A stretch of 64,000 nucleotides of DNA from a phage. Each line of letters opens with the position of its first letter. Positions within the stretch are counted from its first letter, which is position 1. Below the pieces are notes generated by a model. It was not told where the DNA came from. It was given only the letters and a program-made list of their open reading frames with translations, and did no database searches. The DNA is taken from the sequence record NC_135729.1; one strand, given 5' to 3'. The translations under genes and the position numbers were made by a program. This document shows positions 56,041 to 63,893 of this stretch, one piece after another.

Positions 56041-56042
56041 GG

Positions 56043-56327
56043 TTAACGGTTTACGTAAGCTTTACCGTTTACGGTGATGGGTAGATCTTCCAGATCTGGA
56101 TCTTCCTTAAGGTCGCGAGCAAGCTCACCGCACCGGATACCCTCGAATCCGTAGTACTCTGTCGTGCCGTCCTGGAAAGTTTTAGCGGCAAGGCATAAGC
56201 GATAAGTAACCCCGATTTGATTGACGGCATGAATATCCGTTAGATTAACCTCTTTTGCCAGCTCTTTAGCCATTACAGGCGCATTAAGTCCAACAACCAG
56301 GGCAACCACTGCGATCATCTTTTTCAT
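56043..56327 (-). CDS. secreted protein with signal peptide
   Basis: MKKMIAVVALVVGLNAPVMA then KE; 94 aa; AGAGGA Shine-Dalgarno. Confidence 0.45.
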   Translation of the reverse strand: MKKMIAVVALVVGLNAPVMAKELAKEVNLTDIHAVNQIGVTYRLCLAAKTFQDGTTEYYGFEGIRCGELARDLKEDPDLEDLPITVNGKAYVNR

Positions 56328-56418
56328 TGTGTCTATCCTCTTTCTGCTACGTTTAAGGCGGCGGTAACCGCCTGTTTATGCTTTGTTGGTTAATTTTCGG
56401 GTATCGGTATAAATTAAA

Positions 56419-56634
56419 CTATGCTGTACGCTCAACTATAACAACGGTTTGGGGGATCTCACCTTCCACCACTAATAAGGCCTTTTTCTGCGTGATGGAT
56501 ATCTTTACCCGTTGCAGCGTGGCGGTGAAGTCTTTCATTTCGTCACGTGGTGTTTTAGTGCAATACCAGATCTCAGGCTTGCCGATCTGTAAGTTGCGTA
56601 AAAATTCTGTTTTGCCTGTTTTGTTAGTGATCAT
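56419..56634 (-). CDS. hypothetical protein
   Basis: 71-aa ORF. Confidence 0.35.
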   Translation of the reverse strand: MITNKTGKTEFLRNLQIGKPEIWYCTKTPRDEMKDFTATLQRVKISITQKKALLVVEGEIPQTVVIVERTA

Positions 56635-56643
56635 TTGCCAACC

Positions 56644-56748
56644 TCACCCGATACCGTTGGAAGACAAGATCATATTAGACATGGTTGCAATCAGGCCAAT
56701 ACCCAGGGCAATAACCAGGATCACCGCATCAATTAATTTCTGTTTCAT
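56644..56748 (-). CDS. small membrane peptide (34 aa)
   Basis: MKQKLIDAVILVIALGIGLIATMSNMILSSNGIG; AGAGGAAAACAAG before ATG; leader hairpin 56781-56802. Confidence 0.3.
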   Translation of the reverse strand: MKQKLIDAVILVIALGIGLIATMSNMILSSNGIG

Positions 56749-56838
56749 CTTGTTTTCCTCTTCTTGTTCCAGGTGGCGGACCATTCCACCGCCTTATGTA
56801 TTATGCTTTGTTAGATGGTTGTTCGTTGTCAAGCTATT

Positions 56839-57018
56839 TTAACGATAATCATCGTACGCTTTATTAACCTGGCGAATATAACATTCAAAAGCCAGATCAA
56901 TAGATTTATATTCACGGATATATTCACCATAGGAAACCACATACATTTCTATAGCTTCCTCATATGCGAGGAGAATAGAATCTAAGCCTACGATCTCAGT
57001 CTTTGCAATAATAGCCAT
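56839..57018 (-). CDS. hypothetical acidic protein (59 aa)
   Basis: AAAGAGGAT before ATG; promoter plus hairpin cassette upstream; below ORF-track size cutoff. Confidence 0.35.
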   Translation of the reverse strand: MAIIAKTEIVGLDSILLAYEEAIEMYVVSYGEYIREYKSIDLAFECYIRQVNKAYDDYR

Positions 57019-57070
57019 GATTTTTTATCCTCTTTGTGGTTGGTGGGGCTTGTTGCCCCCTTTGATTTAT

Positions 57071-57099
57071 ATTCTACAGTCTTATAAGGCCATGTCAAC
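57071..57099 (-). promoter_or_regulatory. sigma70-like promoter plus 5' stem-loop cassette
   Basis: TTGACA - 16 nt - TAGAAT, then GGGGGCAACAAGCCCC hairpin at 57045-57060 and CA-rich leader. Confidence 0.55.
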
Positions 57100-57329
57100 T
57101 ATTTTTCAAAAAATTTTTCTGCTGTGATATTCTTCCCGGTAGGGTTCGCTACTTTCAAAATTTTATCATGCACTGGACGCCCAAAAGAGTAAGCGCCGTA
57201 CACAGTAAACCAATAATCGCCGTCAGGCTGTACTATTACCGCCGCATATGGTACGCCTTTTTCGTTATTGCTGACAAAATAGATCACGTTGCCATTAATA
57301 GCCTCGGCGCGTTTAATTTGTTCCATCAT
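57099..57329 (-). CDS. hypothetical protein
   Basis: 76-aa ORF; intercistronic hairpin GGGGGGCC..GGCCCC at 57361-57379. Confidence 0.4.
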   Translation of the reverse strand: MMEQIKRAEAINGNVIYFVSNNEKGVPYAAVIVQPDGDYWFTVYGAYSFGRPVHDKILKVANPTGKNITAEKFFEK

Positions 57330-57385
57330 GATGATTTGCCTCTCTTTATTTTCATAATTGGGGGGCCTTTTCGGCCCCGCCAGGT

Positions 57386-57670
57386 TTATTTATTGATAGC
57401 GTGTAGCGGGAAAGGTACGCCAGGTTGATAGATAACTTTTACAACTTCATCCGGGCAAAAGAAGTTGCAGAACTCACCGCAATAAGCCTCATCCTCTTTT
57501 AATTCTTCATCAACATACTGGAAAAAGTAGTCAACGCTAGGATAATCCTGCCCAGGATTATAGTCAACCATAGTCAGCAACATTTCTTGATCGTTCCGAA
57601 GGATATGCATACCCGCTTTTAAGTATTTTGCTTCCATTTCCACTACATCGCCAACGGTAACAATAGCCAT
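57386..57670 (-). CDS. hypothetical acidic protein
   Basis: 94-aa ORF with GGAG Shine-Dalgarno. Confidence 0.4.
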   Translation of the reverse strand: MAIVTVGDVVEMEAKYLKAGMHILRNDQEMLLTMVDYNPGQDYPSVDYFFQYVDEELKEDEAYCGEFCNFFCPDEVVKVIYQPGVPFPLHAINK

Positions 57671-57727
57671 GGTTTTAACTCCTATCTATCCGGTTAATGA
57701 TTGGGGGCCGCCCCCCTGATGCGTCCT

Positions 57728-57755
57728 ATTATCCATATTGTCAGGAATGATGCAA
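57728..57755 (-). promoter_or_regulatory. sigma70-like promoter plus 5' stem-loop cassette
   Basis: TTGCAT - 16 nt - GATAAT, then GGGGGCGGCCCCC hairpin at 57703-57715. Confidence 0.5.
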
Positions 57756-57870
57756 GTACTTTTTAAAAATTTTTAAGCGCCCCGTATGCCGTTGTAACGC
57801 CAAAATAATAAAGGCCATGCAACCGCATAGCCTTTATGTGATTATATTGCTGCAGGCCCTGCTAGGGGCC

Positions 57871-58221
57871 TTATTTTGCATTCTTGCCTGTATTGCCGCC
57901 ACGGTACCAGCGTCTGCGGTGAAAATGGTAATAATCACCCTCGGCATTAAACATCAGATGATTTTCAATAACCAGCTTACGAAGGTAGGCCGGATCTTGT
58001 TCCATTCTTGCCAGATTCCAGCGGCTGTTACGTAAGCGTATAAATTCCATATTCAGGCCGTTGATTGCAGTATGGATGTCAAAGTAACCACCTTTGAGAC
58101 GTTCACGCATGGCGTTAAGCTCAACACAATATACAGATTTCTCACAAATCAAGGTATTAGCTATGGCGCGGACCTGGGCAAGGGGGTTAAGCTCATTAAG
58201 GTAATATAGTTTTACTTTCAT
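57871..58221 (-). CDS. hypothetical protein
   Basis: 116-aa ORF. Confidence 0.4.
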   Translation of the reverse strand: MKVKLYYLNELNPLAQVRAIANTLICEKSVYCVELNAMRERLKGGYFDIHTAINGLNMEFIRLRNSRWNLARMEQDPAYLRKLVIENHLMFNAEGDYYHFHRRRWYRGGNTGKNAK

Positions 58222-58238
58222 AAAATCACCTGCTGAAA

Positions 58239-58537
58239 TTAGTTTGAGAAAACATCGTTCACAATAGCGATCACAATGCCGCCCACCTTGTCACGGTCAA
58301 CAACGCACAAATCACCATAGATCATGTGGTAGTCTGGATGATCTTTCACAGAATAGTCGATAAGTGTTTTCTTGTCATCCAGCTTACTAACTTCCATTCT
58401 CATAACGATATGAGAATCATCAAAGGCATTATTCCGAAAAGTCATAACCTGACCGCCAGGGCACCCGGTGATTTCCACCTCCACGCCGTCTACGATCTGA
58501 CCATCAAAGAAATAAAGATTATTAGCCTGGATAAACA
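58239..58537 (-). CDS. hypothetical protein
   Basis: Start ATG 58537 with GGAG 8 nt upstream; conserved 60-bp element lies upstream. Confidence 0.4.
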
Positions 58538-58566
58538 TGATCATTACTCCTTTTTGCACTGATTAT

Positions 58567-58626
58567 TTTAACAGGGTTTAAATTTACTTTATTGATGGCC
58601 CTAGAGTCAAGGCCATCTAAAAATAA
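58567..58626. repeat. conserved 60-bp element, copy 1 (hairpin GATGGCC..GGCCATC with U-rich and A-rich arms)
   Basis: Near-identical to 62313-62370; hairpin core 58593-58616. Confidence 0.6.
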
Positions 58627-58629
58627 ATT

Positions 58630-58830
58630 TTACAGGCCTACAATCTCTTTGATTCGTTTAACCGCCGCCTCAGCGCCTTGGGGGTAAAAATTATGGTAAC
58701 CAATCACGCGAGTGATACTAATCGCCGTTTGATGATCTTCATAGTCGCCCTTGAAGATTTCTTGACCGTCAATCAGCACGGCAATTTTTTCTTCTTTTTT
58801 GAAGTTAATAACGCGGATATTGTTGCTCAT
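58630..58830 (-). CDS. hypothetical protein
   Basis: 66-aa ORF with AAAGGAGAAACAAAA leader. Confidence 0.4.
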   Translation of the reverse strand: MSNNIRVINFKKEEKIAVLIDGQEIFKGDYEDHQTAISITRVIGYHNFYPQGAEAAVKRIKEIVGL

Positions 58831-58886
58831 TTTTGTTTCTCCTTTCTGGTTTTTGTGTTGGTGGGGATGTTTCCCCGTTGATTGTT

Positions 58887-58914
58887 ATTATCCATATTCC
58901 GGACCGGATTGCAA
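58887..58914 (-). promoter_or_regulatory. sigma70-like promoter plus 5' stem-loop cassette
   Basis: TTGCAA - 16 nt - GATAAT, then GGGGAAACATCCCC hairpin at 58863-58876 and CA-rich leader. Confidence 0.55.
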
Positions 58915-58970
58915 CACCCGGGAAGAAAAATTTTTGAAAAAGTTAAGCCCCCAGGGATTGGGGGCCGTTA

Positions 58971-59090
58971 TCAGTTACTTACAGCGATAAAGTACATCCC
59001 TACGCCTAACAATATTTCAAGGGCGATGATCTCAAGCCATACCATAACACGGCGCACCTTATCGGTGCGGGGCTTATCCTTGGTTGTCAT
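58971..59090 (-). CDS. small membrane peptide (39 aa)
   Basis: MTTKDKPRTDKVRRVMVWLEIIALEILLGVGMYFIAVSN; terminator-like hairpin downstream at 58928-58952. Confidence 0.3.
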   Translation of the reverse strand: MTTKDKPRTDKVRRVMVWLEIIALEILLGVGMYFIAVSN

Positions 59091-59110
59091 CGTCTCCCCC
59101 TCCCCTCCTG

Positions 59111-59332
59111 TTAGCAGTGACGTGGTTTGCAATGGCCCCCAGGAGTATTATCACCACGCACATTACAAGAAAAATTATCTCTGTCGTTGTTCGATCCATT
59201 GTTATAAAATTCCTTAAGATCAGGCCTGAAAATAAAGCTTTCGTTATTGAATCCATCGCGCCAGGCGGCTGGCTTCAAATCTTCACTAAAGGGATTAATT
59301 AACGTGGCATTATTTAAACGGCTGGTCCACAT
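59111..59332 (-). CDS. hypothetical Asn/Gly-rich protein
   Basis: Start ATG 59332 with GAGAGG Shine-Dalgarno; competes with overlapping frame 59074-59256. Confidence 0.3.
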   Translation of the reverse strand: MWTSRLNNATLINPFSEDLKPAAWRDGFNNESFIFRPDLKEFYNNGSNNDRDNFSCNVRGDNTPGGHCKPRHC

Positions 59333-59681
59333 ATTTTCTATTCCTCTCAAATAGGCGATCCGCCTCAGTCAAACAAATCTCATGGGCGTGATCTCTGGTT
59401 TTAGCTTCATCGAAAACCTGTTGTGCAAGGCTGCAACGTAGGGAGACTGGAAGATCGCTGTAGTAGGCGTTGACAAATGTTTGAGCGTCGTACAGGTCTG
59501 AAAATACTTTACCCTTTCTATTATTCCCCTTGTCAACAATTGCAAGGATAACCAATACAATAGTTGCAACCACTCCCAGGAAAATAGATATAATAAACCA
59601 TAAAAAGGCGGATCTGCCCATCTTGCCAGCGATCCAGGCGTTAAACAAGGCAACTAATATAGCCAAAATAATAAATTCCAT
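59310..59681 (-). CDS. membrane protein with two predicted TM helices
   Basis: Start ATG 59681 with AGAGG; two hydrophobic helices then a soluble C-terminal domain. Confidence 0.4.
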   Translation of the reverse strand: MEFIILAILVALFNAWIAGKMGRSAFLWFIISIFLGVVATIVLVILAIVDKGNNRKGKVFSDLYDAQTFVNAYYSDLPVSLRCSLAQQVFDEAKTRDHAHEICLTEADRLFERNRKYVDQPFK

Positions 59682-59748
59682 TCTATGTACCTCTTTTACA
59701 GTTCTGATTAACAATAAGGCGGCAAATATGCCGCCGCCTGTTACCTGA

Positions 59749-60129
59749 TTAAAAATTATCGCCGTAAATCTTTCCGCTTTCTACCCATACCACCACGCGG
59801 GGCATACTATCCCACACATCTTGTTTTAGATTGAGCGCGTGCAATTCTTCGGTGGTGCTCATACCAGGCACGGGCTGATTGTATACTGCAAAACGACCAC
59901 CTGCATAATCATAGGCCAGAGTTAAATCACACTGAATCATCTTTTTGATCATGGCGTTAAGCATAGCGTTAGCCGCATATTGGTCACGTTTTAAAGGCAA
60001 CTCTTTGATTAGTTTGCGATAGTTTTCGATATGGTCGCACACAGTTTCACGTGGAAGATCTTTCATATCTTCACGGAATGTAACCAGGTTAAACATAACG
60101 GTGTCAATAGCCTTGGTGGTGTTTTTCAT
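59749..60129 (-). CDS. hypothetical protein
   Basis: Start ATG 60129 after AAAGAGGAAAACATC; hairpin 60154-60173. Confidence 0.4.
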   Translation of the reverse strand: MKNTTKAIDTVMFNLVTFREDMKDLPRETVCDHIENYRKLIKELPLKRDQYAANAMLNAMIKKMIQCDLTLAYDYAGGRFAVYNQPVPGMSTTEELHALNLKQDVWDSMPRVVVWVESGKIYGDNF

Positions 60130-60182
60130 GATGTTTTCCTCTTTGTTTTGTGTGGGGCAAGTCATCTCGCCCCTTGAGTTTT

Positions 60183-60210
60183 AATATAGCAGGTTTTTAG
60201 ATTATTGCAA
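60183..60210 (-). promoter_or_regulatory. sigma70-like promoter plus 5' stem-loop cassette
   Basis: TTGCAA - 16 nt - TATATT, then GGGGCGAGATGACTTGCCCC hairpin. Confidence 0.55.
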
Positions 60211-60218
60211 CACTTTAT

Positions 60219-60842
60219 TTATGAAAAACTCATCTCCCCATATTCATCCACATTAAACCGCCAATCATTGGCTTCAATAAGGCCGATCAGGTTTTCGGTA
60301 GTAAACTGTTCAAGATAGGCCTCCTCCAGGTCTACATAAACCTTGCGGGATAGCTCCCGTACCGTCTCGGTGATCAGCTCTTCCAGCTCTTCAACCTTAC
60401 TTTCTTGCTTGGCTGTCAGGTCTAGCCATGTAGTATCGATGTACCCGCTTACAGTGTTTTCGTGACTATAGCGGCTATATGGATCACGCTCAACACTTGC
60501 GGATAGCTCGCCATCGTGCATTGTGCCGAACAAGTGACGAATTGAGCGGAATTTAGTCAGAGACTTGACTTTACGCAAGAATTTTTCTAAATCCACGTTT
60601 TCCGCACTGATTGACGCGCCGTCGCCCTGGCACCAAAAGCCGGACCAATGTACCTTGGTATCTTCAAGGCCATACTCTGGAAAGATATGTTCTTTATAGT
60701 CTTCAATTACACTTTCTGCAAAAAAGTTATCCCCGCTGTGTTCTTCTCTTTCGCGGACCATTTCAATAGCTTTTTCTTTTTGTTCATCGGTCAGCACGTC
60801 GAAAGATAAATTGTAACCTGTGGTAATGTTAACGGTGGTCAT
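60219..60842 (-). CDS. hypothetical acidic protein
   Basis: 207-aa ORF; AATAGGAGAAAATATC leader. Confidence 0.45.
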   Translation of the reverse strand: MTTVNITTGYNLSFDVLTDEQKEKAIEMVREREEHSGDNFFAESVIEDYKEHIFPEYGLEDTKVHWSGFWCQGDGASISAENVDLEKFLRKVKSLTKFRSIRHLFGTMHDGELSASVERDPYSRYSHENTVSGYIDTTWLDLTAKQESKVEELEELITETVRELSRKVYVDLEEAYLEQFTTENLIGLIEANDWRFNVDEYGEMSFS

Positions 60843-60899
60843 GATATTTTCTCCTATTTTCTTTGTTAGTGGCGGGAAGTTTTCCCGCCTGTGTGTTTA

Positions 60900-60927
60900 A
60901 GTATACTTATCGAGATTTACTTGTCAA
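60900..60927 (-). promoter_or_regulatory. sigma70-like promoter plus 5' stem-loop cassette
   Basis: TTGACA - 16 nt - TATACT, then GGCGGGAAAACTTCCCGCC hairpin at 60871-60889. Confidence 0.6.
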
Positions 60928-61177
60928 CACTATTTTTTAAATTATTGTGGCGCAAAATGCTTAAAATCTCTTCAACGTCATCAACACGGCGGCAATTTTT
61001 AAACGCTACCAATTGCCCCATGATTTTAATCACTGGACGGCCTTGCCAGTGCCCTTGGAGAAAGCGCGCCTTAACTTTATCGGTGGAACTATCACGCCAC
61101 CAAACGGCTTTATTATTGCAGTAGTAAAAATTATTCAGTACTACATCTACCTTATCAAAATTTTTCAATTTACGCAT
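60917..61177 (-). CDS. hypothetical protein
   Basis: 86-aa ORF; GGAAGGAG Shine-Dalgarno; its stop abuts the next promoter. Confidence 0.4.
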   Translation of the reverse strand: MRKLKNFDKVDVVLNNFYYCNNKAVWWRDSSTDKVKARFLQGHWQGRPVIKIMGQLVAFKNCRRVDDVEEILSILRHNNLKNSVDK

Positions 61178-61212
61178 GGCGTTTACTCCTTCCTTCTTGC
61201 TTTGATGTGGTC

Positions 61213-61241
61213 AGTATATCCGGACTATTCCAAGGTGTCAA
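61213..61241 (-). promoter_or_regulatory. sigma70-like promoter
   Basis: TTGACA - 17 nt - TATACT. Confidence 0.55.
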
Positions 61242-61385
61242 GCTTTAAATAAAATCACTGTCAATAACATTTTTAACGCCATAAAACGGCCCTAGACGCT
61301 GTTTTCAGGTTAAGAAAGGGGATTGCATAGGTAGGGGCTTTTATGGCGCTTGTGGGGCCAACCGTGGGCGCTATTCGTAGGATAG

Positions 61386-61412
61386 AAATAAAAACCCCGC
61401 ACAATGGCGGGG
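61386..61412 (-). terminator. rho-independent terminator
   Basis: CCCCGC-cattgt-GCGGGG stem followed on minus strand by TTTTTATTTC. Confidence 0.55.
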
Positions 61413-61421
61413 CGTTGGTTG

Positions 61422-61619
61422 CTATTTGTCTTTGTGGCGGTATCGTTCCGCTTGTCGTTCACGTTCCAAAAGCAGGCTGGGTAATTTGCGATCATAGTGA
61501 TTTCGCCAGATCTTCCCAAATCTTTTCGGCTTATTCAGTTTATTGTTACGCTGGCGTCGTTCCGGCAGCTCTTTGGAATCATGAGATCGCTTTACAATCT
61601 TCTCAAAATTAATCTTCAT
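61422..61619 (-). CDS. small highly basic protein
   Basis: Start ATG 61619 with AGGGGGGAATAT upstream, overlapping the upstream stop (ATGAAGATTAA); Lys/Arg-rich. Confidence 0.4.
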   Translation of the reverse strand: MKINFEKIVKRSHDSKELPERRQRNNKLNKPKRFGKIWRNHYDRKLPSLLLERERQAERYRHKDK

Positions 61620-61962
61620 ATATTCCCCCCTTGCTAACTTCAATATTGGCCTGAATAGCCCGGATACGGCGCTTTATAACCTCCTGATCCTTGCAATCAT
61701 ATCCCCAAAAGTCTACGATTTTTGCGCCTCCAGCCTTTAGGCGGTATAGTGTTTCTTGCATCTTGTAAGCTGGGATCGGTCGCGGTGTTACCTGGTCGCC
61801 CTTCTCATTCTTGTACTTGATAATGTAGTCTTCATTGTCGTTGAATACCCAAAATGGGTATTCTGTGAGCGCGTTGCTCTCTTTTTCGTTTTTAGATTGG
61901 ATCTTGTTTACAATTAAAGCCGTAGCAATAGCGCCAATAATAAAACTTGCCCCGCTGATCAT
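61609..61962 (-). CDS. membrane-anchored protein
   Basis: Start ATG 61962 with AAAGGAGAAAGTA; N-terminal TM helix. Confidence 0.4.
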   Translation of the reverse strand: MISGASFIIGAIATALIVNKIQSKNEKESNALTEYPFWVFNDNEDYIIKYKNEKGDQVTPRPIPAYKMQETLYRLKAGGAKIVDFWGYDCKDQEVIKRRIRAIQANIEVSKGGIYED

Positions 61963-62037
61963 GTACTTTCTCCTTTCATTGTGTTGATAAACTGTCTTTA
62001 TAGATGGCCCTGCTACCAGGACCACCGAAAAAACAGC

Positions 62038-62283
62038 TTATTTGACGATACCGACAAAACAGATCCCGCCTTCCCCTATATAGGCAATGTCGGTAATTTT
62101 ATAATTTGTCAAGATCCGCGTGTTCAGATCATTAATAAAATCGGTCATCGCGTTGGTGTAGTTGTCTTCCGTGTCTAAGGCATAATCCCAGGTGTAAACC
62201 TTTTTACGTCCGAAGCCTTTTACCATGATACGGGCGCTTTTGGTGTTGGTAGGGGCATAATATTTGGTGATTAGTGCTGCCAT
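62038..62283 (-). CDS. hypothetical protein
   Basis: 81-aa ORF with GAGGAG Shine-Dalgarno; conserved 60-bp element upstream. Confidence 0.4.
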   Translation of the reverse strand: MAALITKYYAPTNTKSARIMVKGFGRKKVYTWDYALDTEDNYTNAMTDFINDLNTRILTNYKITDIAYIGEGGICFVGIVK

Positions 62284-62312
62284 GGTTTTAACTCCTCTGA
62301 ATTAGTTCAGTG

Positions 62313-62370
62313 TTAACAGTACAAAGTTTACTTTATTGATGGCCCTGAAGTCAAGGCCATCTAAAAATAA
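62313..62370. repeat. conserved 60-bp element, copy 2
   Basis: Hairpin core 62338-62361; near-identical to 58567-58626. Confidence 0.6.
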
Positions 62371-62372
62371 AC

Positions 62373-62777
62373 TTAGTAAGTTTTCAGTACTTTACCGTCC
62401 AACCTGTCAAGCTGGATCTCGATAGCTGCAGAAAACCTATTGTAAACCACATCGCCCATAGAATCCAACCAGTCTATGATATTATACACTTGCTCTTTGT
62501 TCTTGCAGGTCCGGATCCGTTTCATGATGTAAGCCGGATCAATATTGGTACTCTCGTTGGTGTTCCCCTGTACCTGGTTTGCCGTATTAGTTACATCTTT
62601 AATGGCCTTTACCACCACCTGGAATGGCTTTAAGGTACCTTTTGCGTTCATCTCACGCGCTTTTGCGGCGCGGTTGTTATATGTTACACAACGGCGGCAA
62701 ATGTTGATCAAATGCATGTCAATAATTTTTTCATCGTTTGCCAGCTCGTTCATGATGCGGCGTACGTTCTTATTCAT
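62373..62777 (-). CDS. hypothetical protein
   Basis: 134-aa ORF; AAAGGAAAAAGAT leader. Confidence 0.45.
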   Translation of the reverse strand: MNKNVRRIMNELANDEKIIDMHLINICRRCVTYNNRAAKAREMNAKGTLKPFQVVVKAIKDVTNTANQVQGNTNESTNIDPAYIMKRIRTCKNKEQVYNIIDWLDSMGDVVYNRFSAAIEIQLDRLDGKVLKTY

Positions 62778-62825
62778 GATCTTTTTCCTTTGTGCTGGCG
62801 GGAAACATTCCCGCCTTTTGTGTCT

Positions 62826-62853
62826 AGTTTACTTGAATTTTGCAGCGTGTCAA
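62826..62853 (-). promoter_or_regulatory. sigma70-like promoter plus 5' stem-loop cassette
   Basis: TTGACA - 16 nt - TAAACT, then GGCGGGAATGTTTCCCGCC hairpin at 62798-62816. Confidence 0.55.
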
Positions 62854-62864
62854 TAATTTTTTTT

Positions 62865-63263
62865 TTATTCGTGGGCACATGTTACAATGTGCTTTTTATA
62901 GCCTAGGTGGTCAGCAAGTGCTGACAAAAACTCTTCTTCGTAGATCCAGCCGTTGGCAGTGATCCCCATAGCATTTAATGCGCTCTCAAGTGCTGCGTTA
63001 GCTTTATCATAACCGTGACCGCTCGCCTTGCCGCCAGTATAGCCGTACTTATTGTTCTTGTTGTCGTGTATCCAAAAAACGCAGTAGTAAGTGTTCCCGC
63101 TGGCGGCGGCATAATACCGGATCTCAGCTACTTCGTGCAAATTATTGTCATCGTCCAGGCCCACCAGATTATAAGCCTTGTAAAATCCACGATCACGGCG
63201 GCAGTTCTTGACATCAGAAAAAGAAAAGTCTGCATTATCAAAATTAAAGGTAGTGGTTTTCAT
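62865..63263 (-). CDS. hypothetical protein
   Basis: 132-aa ORF with AAGAGGAT Shine-Dalgarno. Confidence 0.45.
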   Translation of the reverse strand: MKTTTFNFDNADFSFSDVKNCRRDRGFYKAYNLVGLDDDNNLHEVAEIRYYAAASGNTYYCVFWIHDNKNNKYGYTGGKASGHGYDKANAALESALNAMGITANGWIYEEEFLSALADHLGYKKHIVTCAHE

Positions 63264-63295
63264 GATTTTATCCTCTTAGTGTCTTTTGTGCTTTT

Positions 63296-63325
63296 AGTGT
63301 ATTTGGTGTCGGACTATATGTCAAT
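63296..63325 (-). promoter_or_regulatory. sigma70-like promoter
   Basis: TTGACA - 17 nt - TACACT, CA-rich leader. Confidence 0.5.
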
Positions 63326-63327
63326 AC

Positions 63328-63525
63328 TTATTTTTTATTAAACCAGTGGTTGATCTGACCTTTTGTCAGGGCGCAACGATTAAGCTGTTGCAGGGTATAG
63401 CTATGACCGCGACGAAATTTATAAAGGCCTTGCCCGTTGTTGATGGTTACATCCACCCGGCAAATCACTTGATTGGTGACCACCTGGCGAGTGTTGCGAC
63501 GTACTTTGATCCCGTATGCGTTCAT
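63328..63525 (-). CDS. small basic protein
   Basis: Start ATG 63525 with AAAGAGGATAAATTT leader. Confidence 0.35.
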   Translation of the reverse strand: MNAYGIKVRRNTRQVVTNQVICRVDVTINNGQGLYKFRRGHSYTLQQLNRCALTKGQINHWFNKK

Positions 63526-63575
63526 AAATTTATCCTCTTTACTGGTTAGTGCGGTGTTGTTCACCTTGTAGGGTA

Positions 63576-63603
63576 ATAATACCATGATTAACCTTGTTGT
63601 CAA
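63576..63603 (-). promoter_or_regulatory. sigma70-like promoter
   Basis: TTGACA - 16 nt - TATTAT. Confidence 0.5.
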
Positions 63604-63611
63604 CGACTATT

Positions 63612-63893
63612 TTAAATTATTTTTATGATAGAATCCACCTGCCGCCGCCCTGCCAGGTTAACCATCATTTTTTCGTACTCTTCTTTATGTTCCAACGCTC
63701 CCGCCATGGCCTTTTCAACCAGGGCGATAGCCTCAGCGTCATTAATAGCTACATTTTCCAGGCTGGCCCCGCCAGGTGGCACAATATACCTATCGAAAGG
63801 ACGGCAGGCACCGGTGACGGGGGAGACAACCACCGGGGATGGGCGCTGCATAAAATGAGAACGGTTATCATTATCATTTAAAAATTTATGCAA
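63612..63893 (-). CDS. hypothetical protein
   Basis: 93-aa ORF; upstream region continues past the window edge. Confidence 0.35.
   Translation of the reverse strand: MHKFLNDNDNRSHFMQRPSPVVVSPVTGACRPFDRYIVPPGGASLENVAINDAEAIALVEKAMAGALEHKEEYEKMMVNLAGRRQVDSIIKII

Noticed and set aside
59074-59256. Track ORF 59074-59256 (60 aa) overlapping 59111-59332 in another frame
   Set aside because: Its track start has no Shine-Dalgarno and the internal ATG at 59199 has only a weak one, whereas the overlapping frame has a good GAGG site; both cannot be fully coding, so the better-supported frame was kept at low confidence.
54745-63610. GC-rich hairpins between genes read as rho-independent terminators
   Set aside because: Most lie downstream of a -10 element and upstream of the Shine-Dalgarno and are followed by CA-rich rather than U-rich sequence; only hairpins with a following T-tract on the transcribed strand were called terminators.
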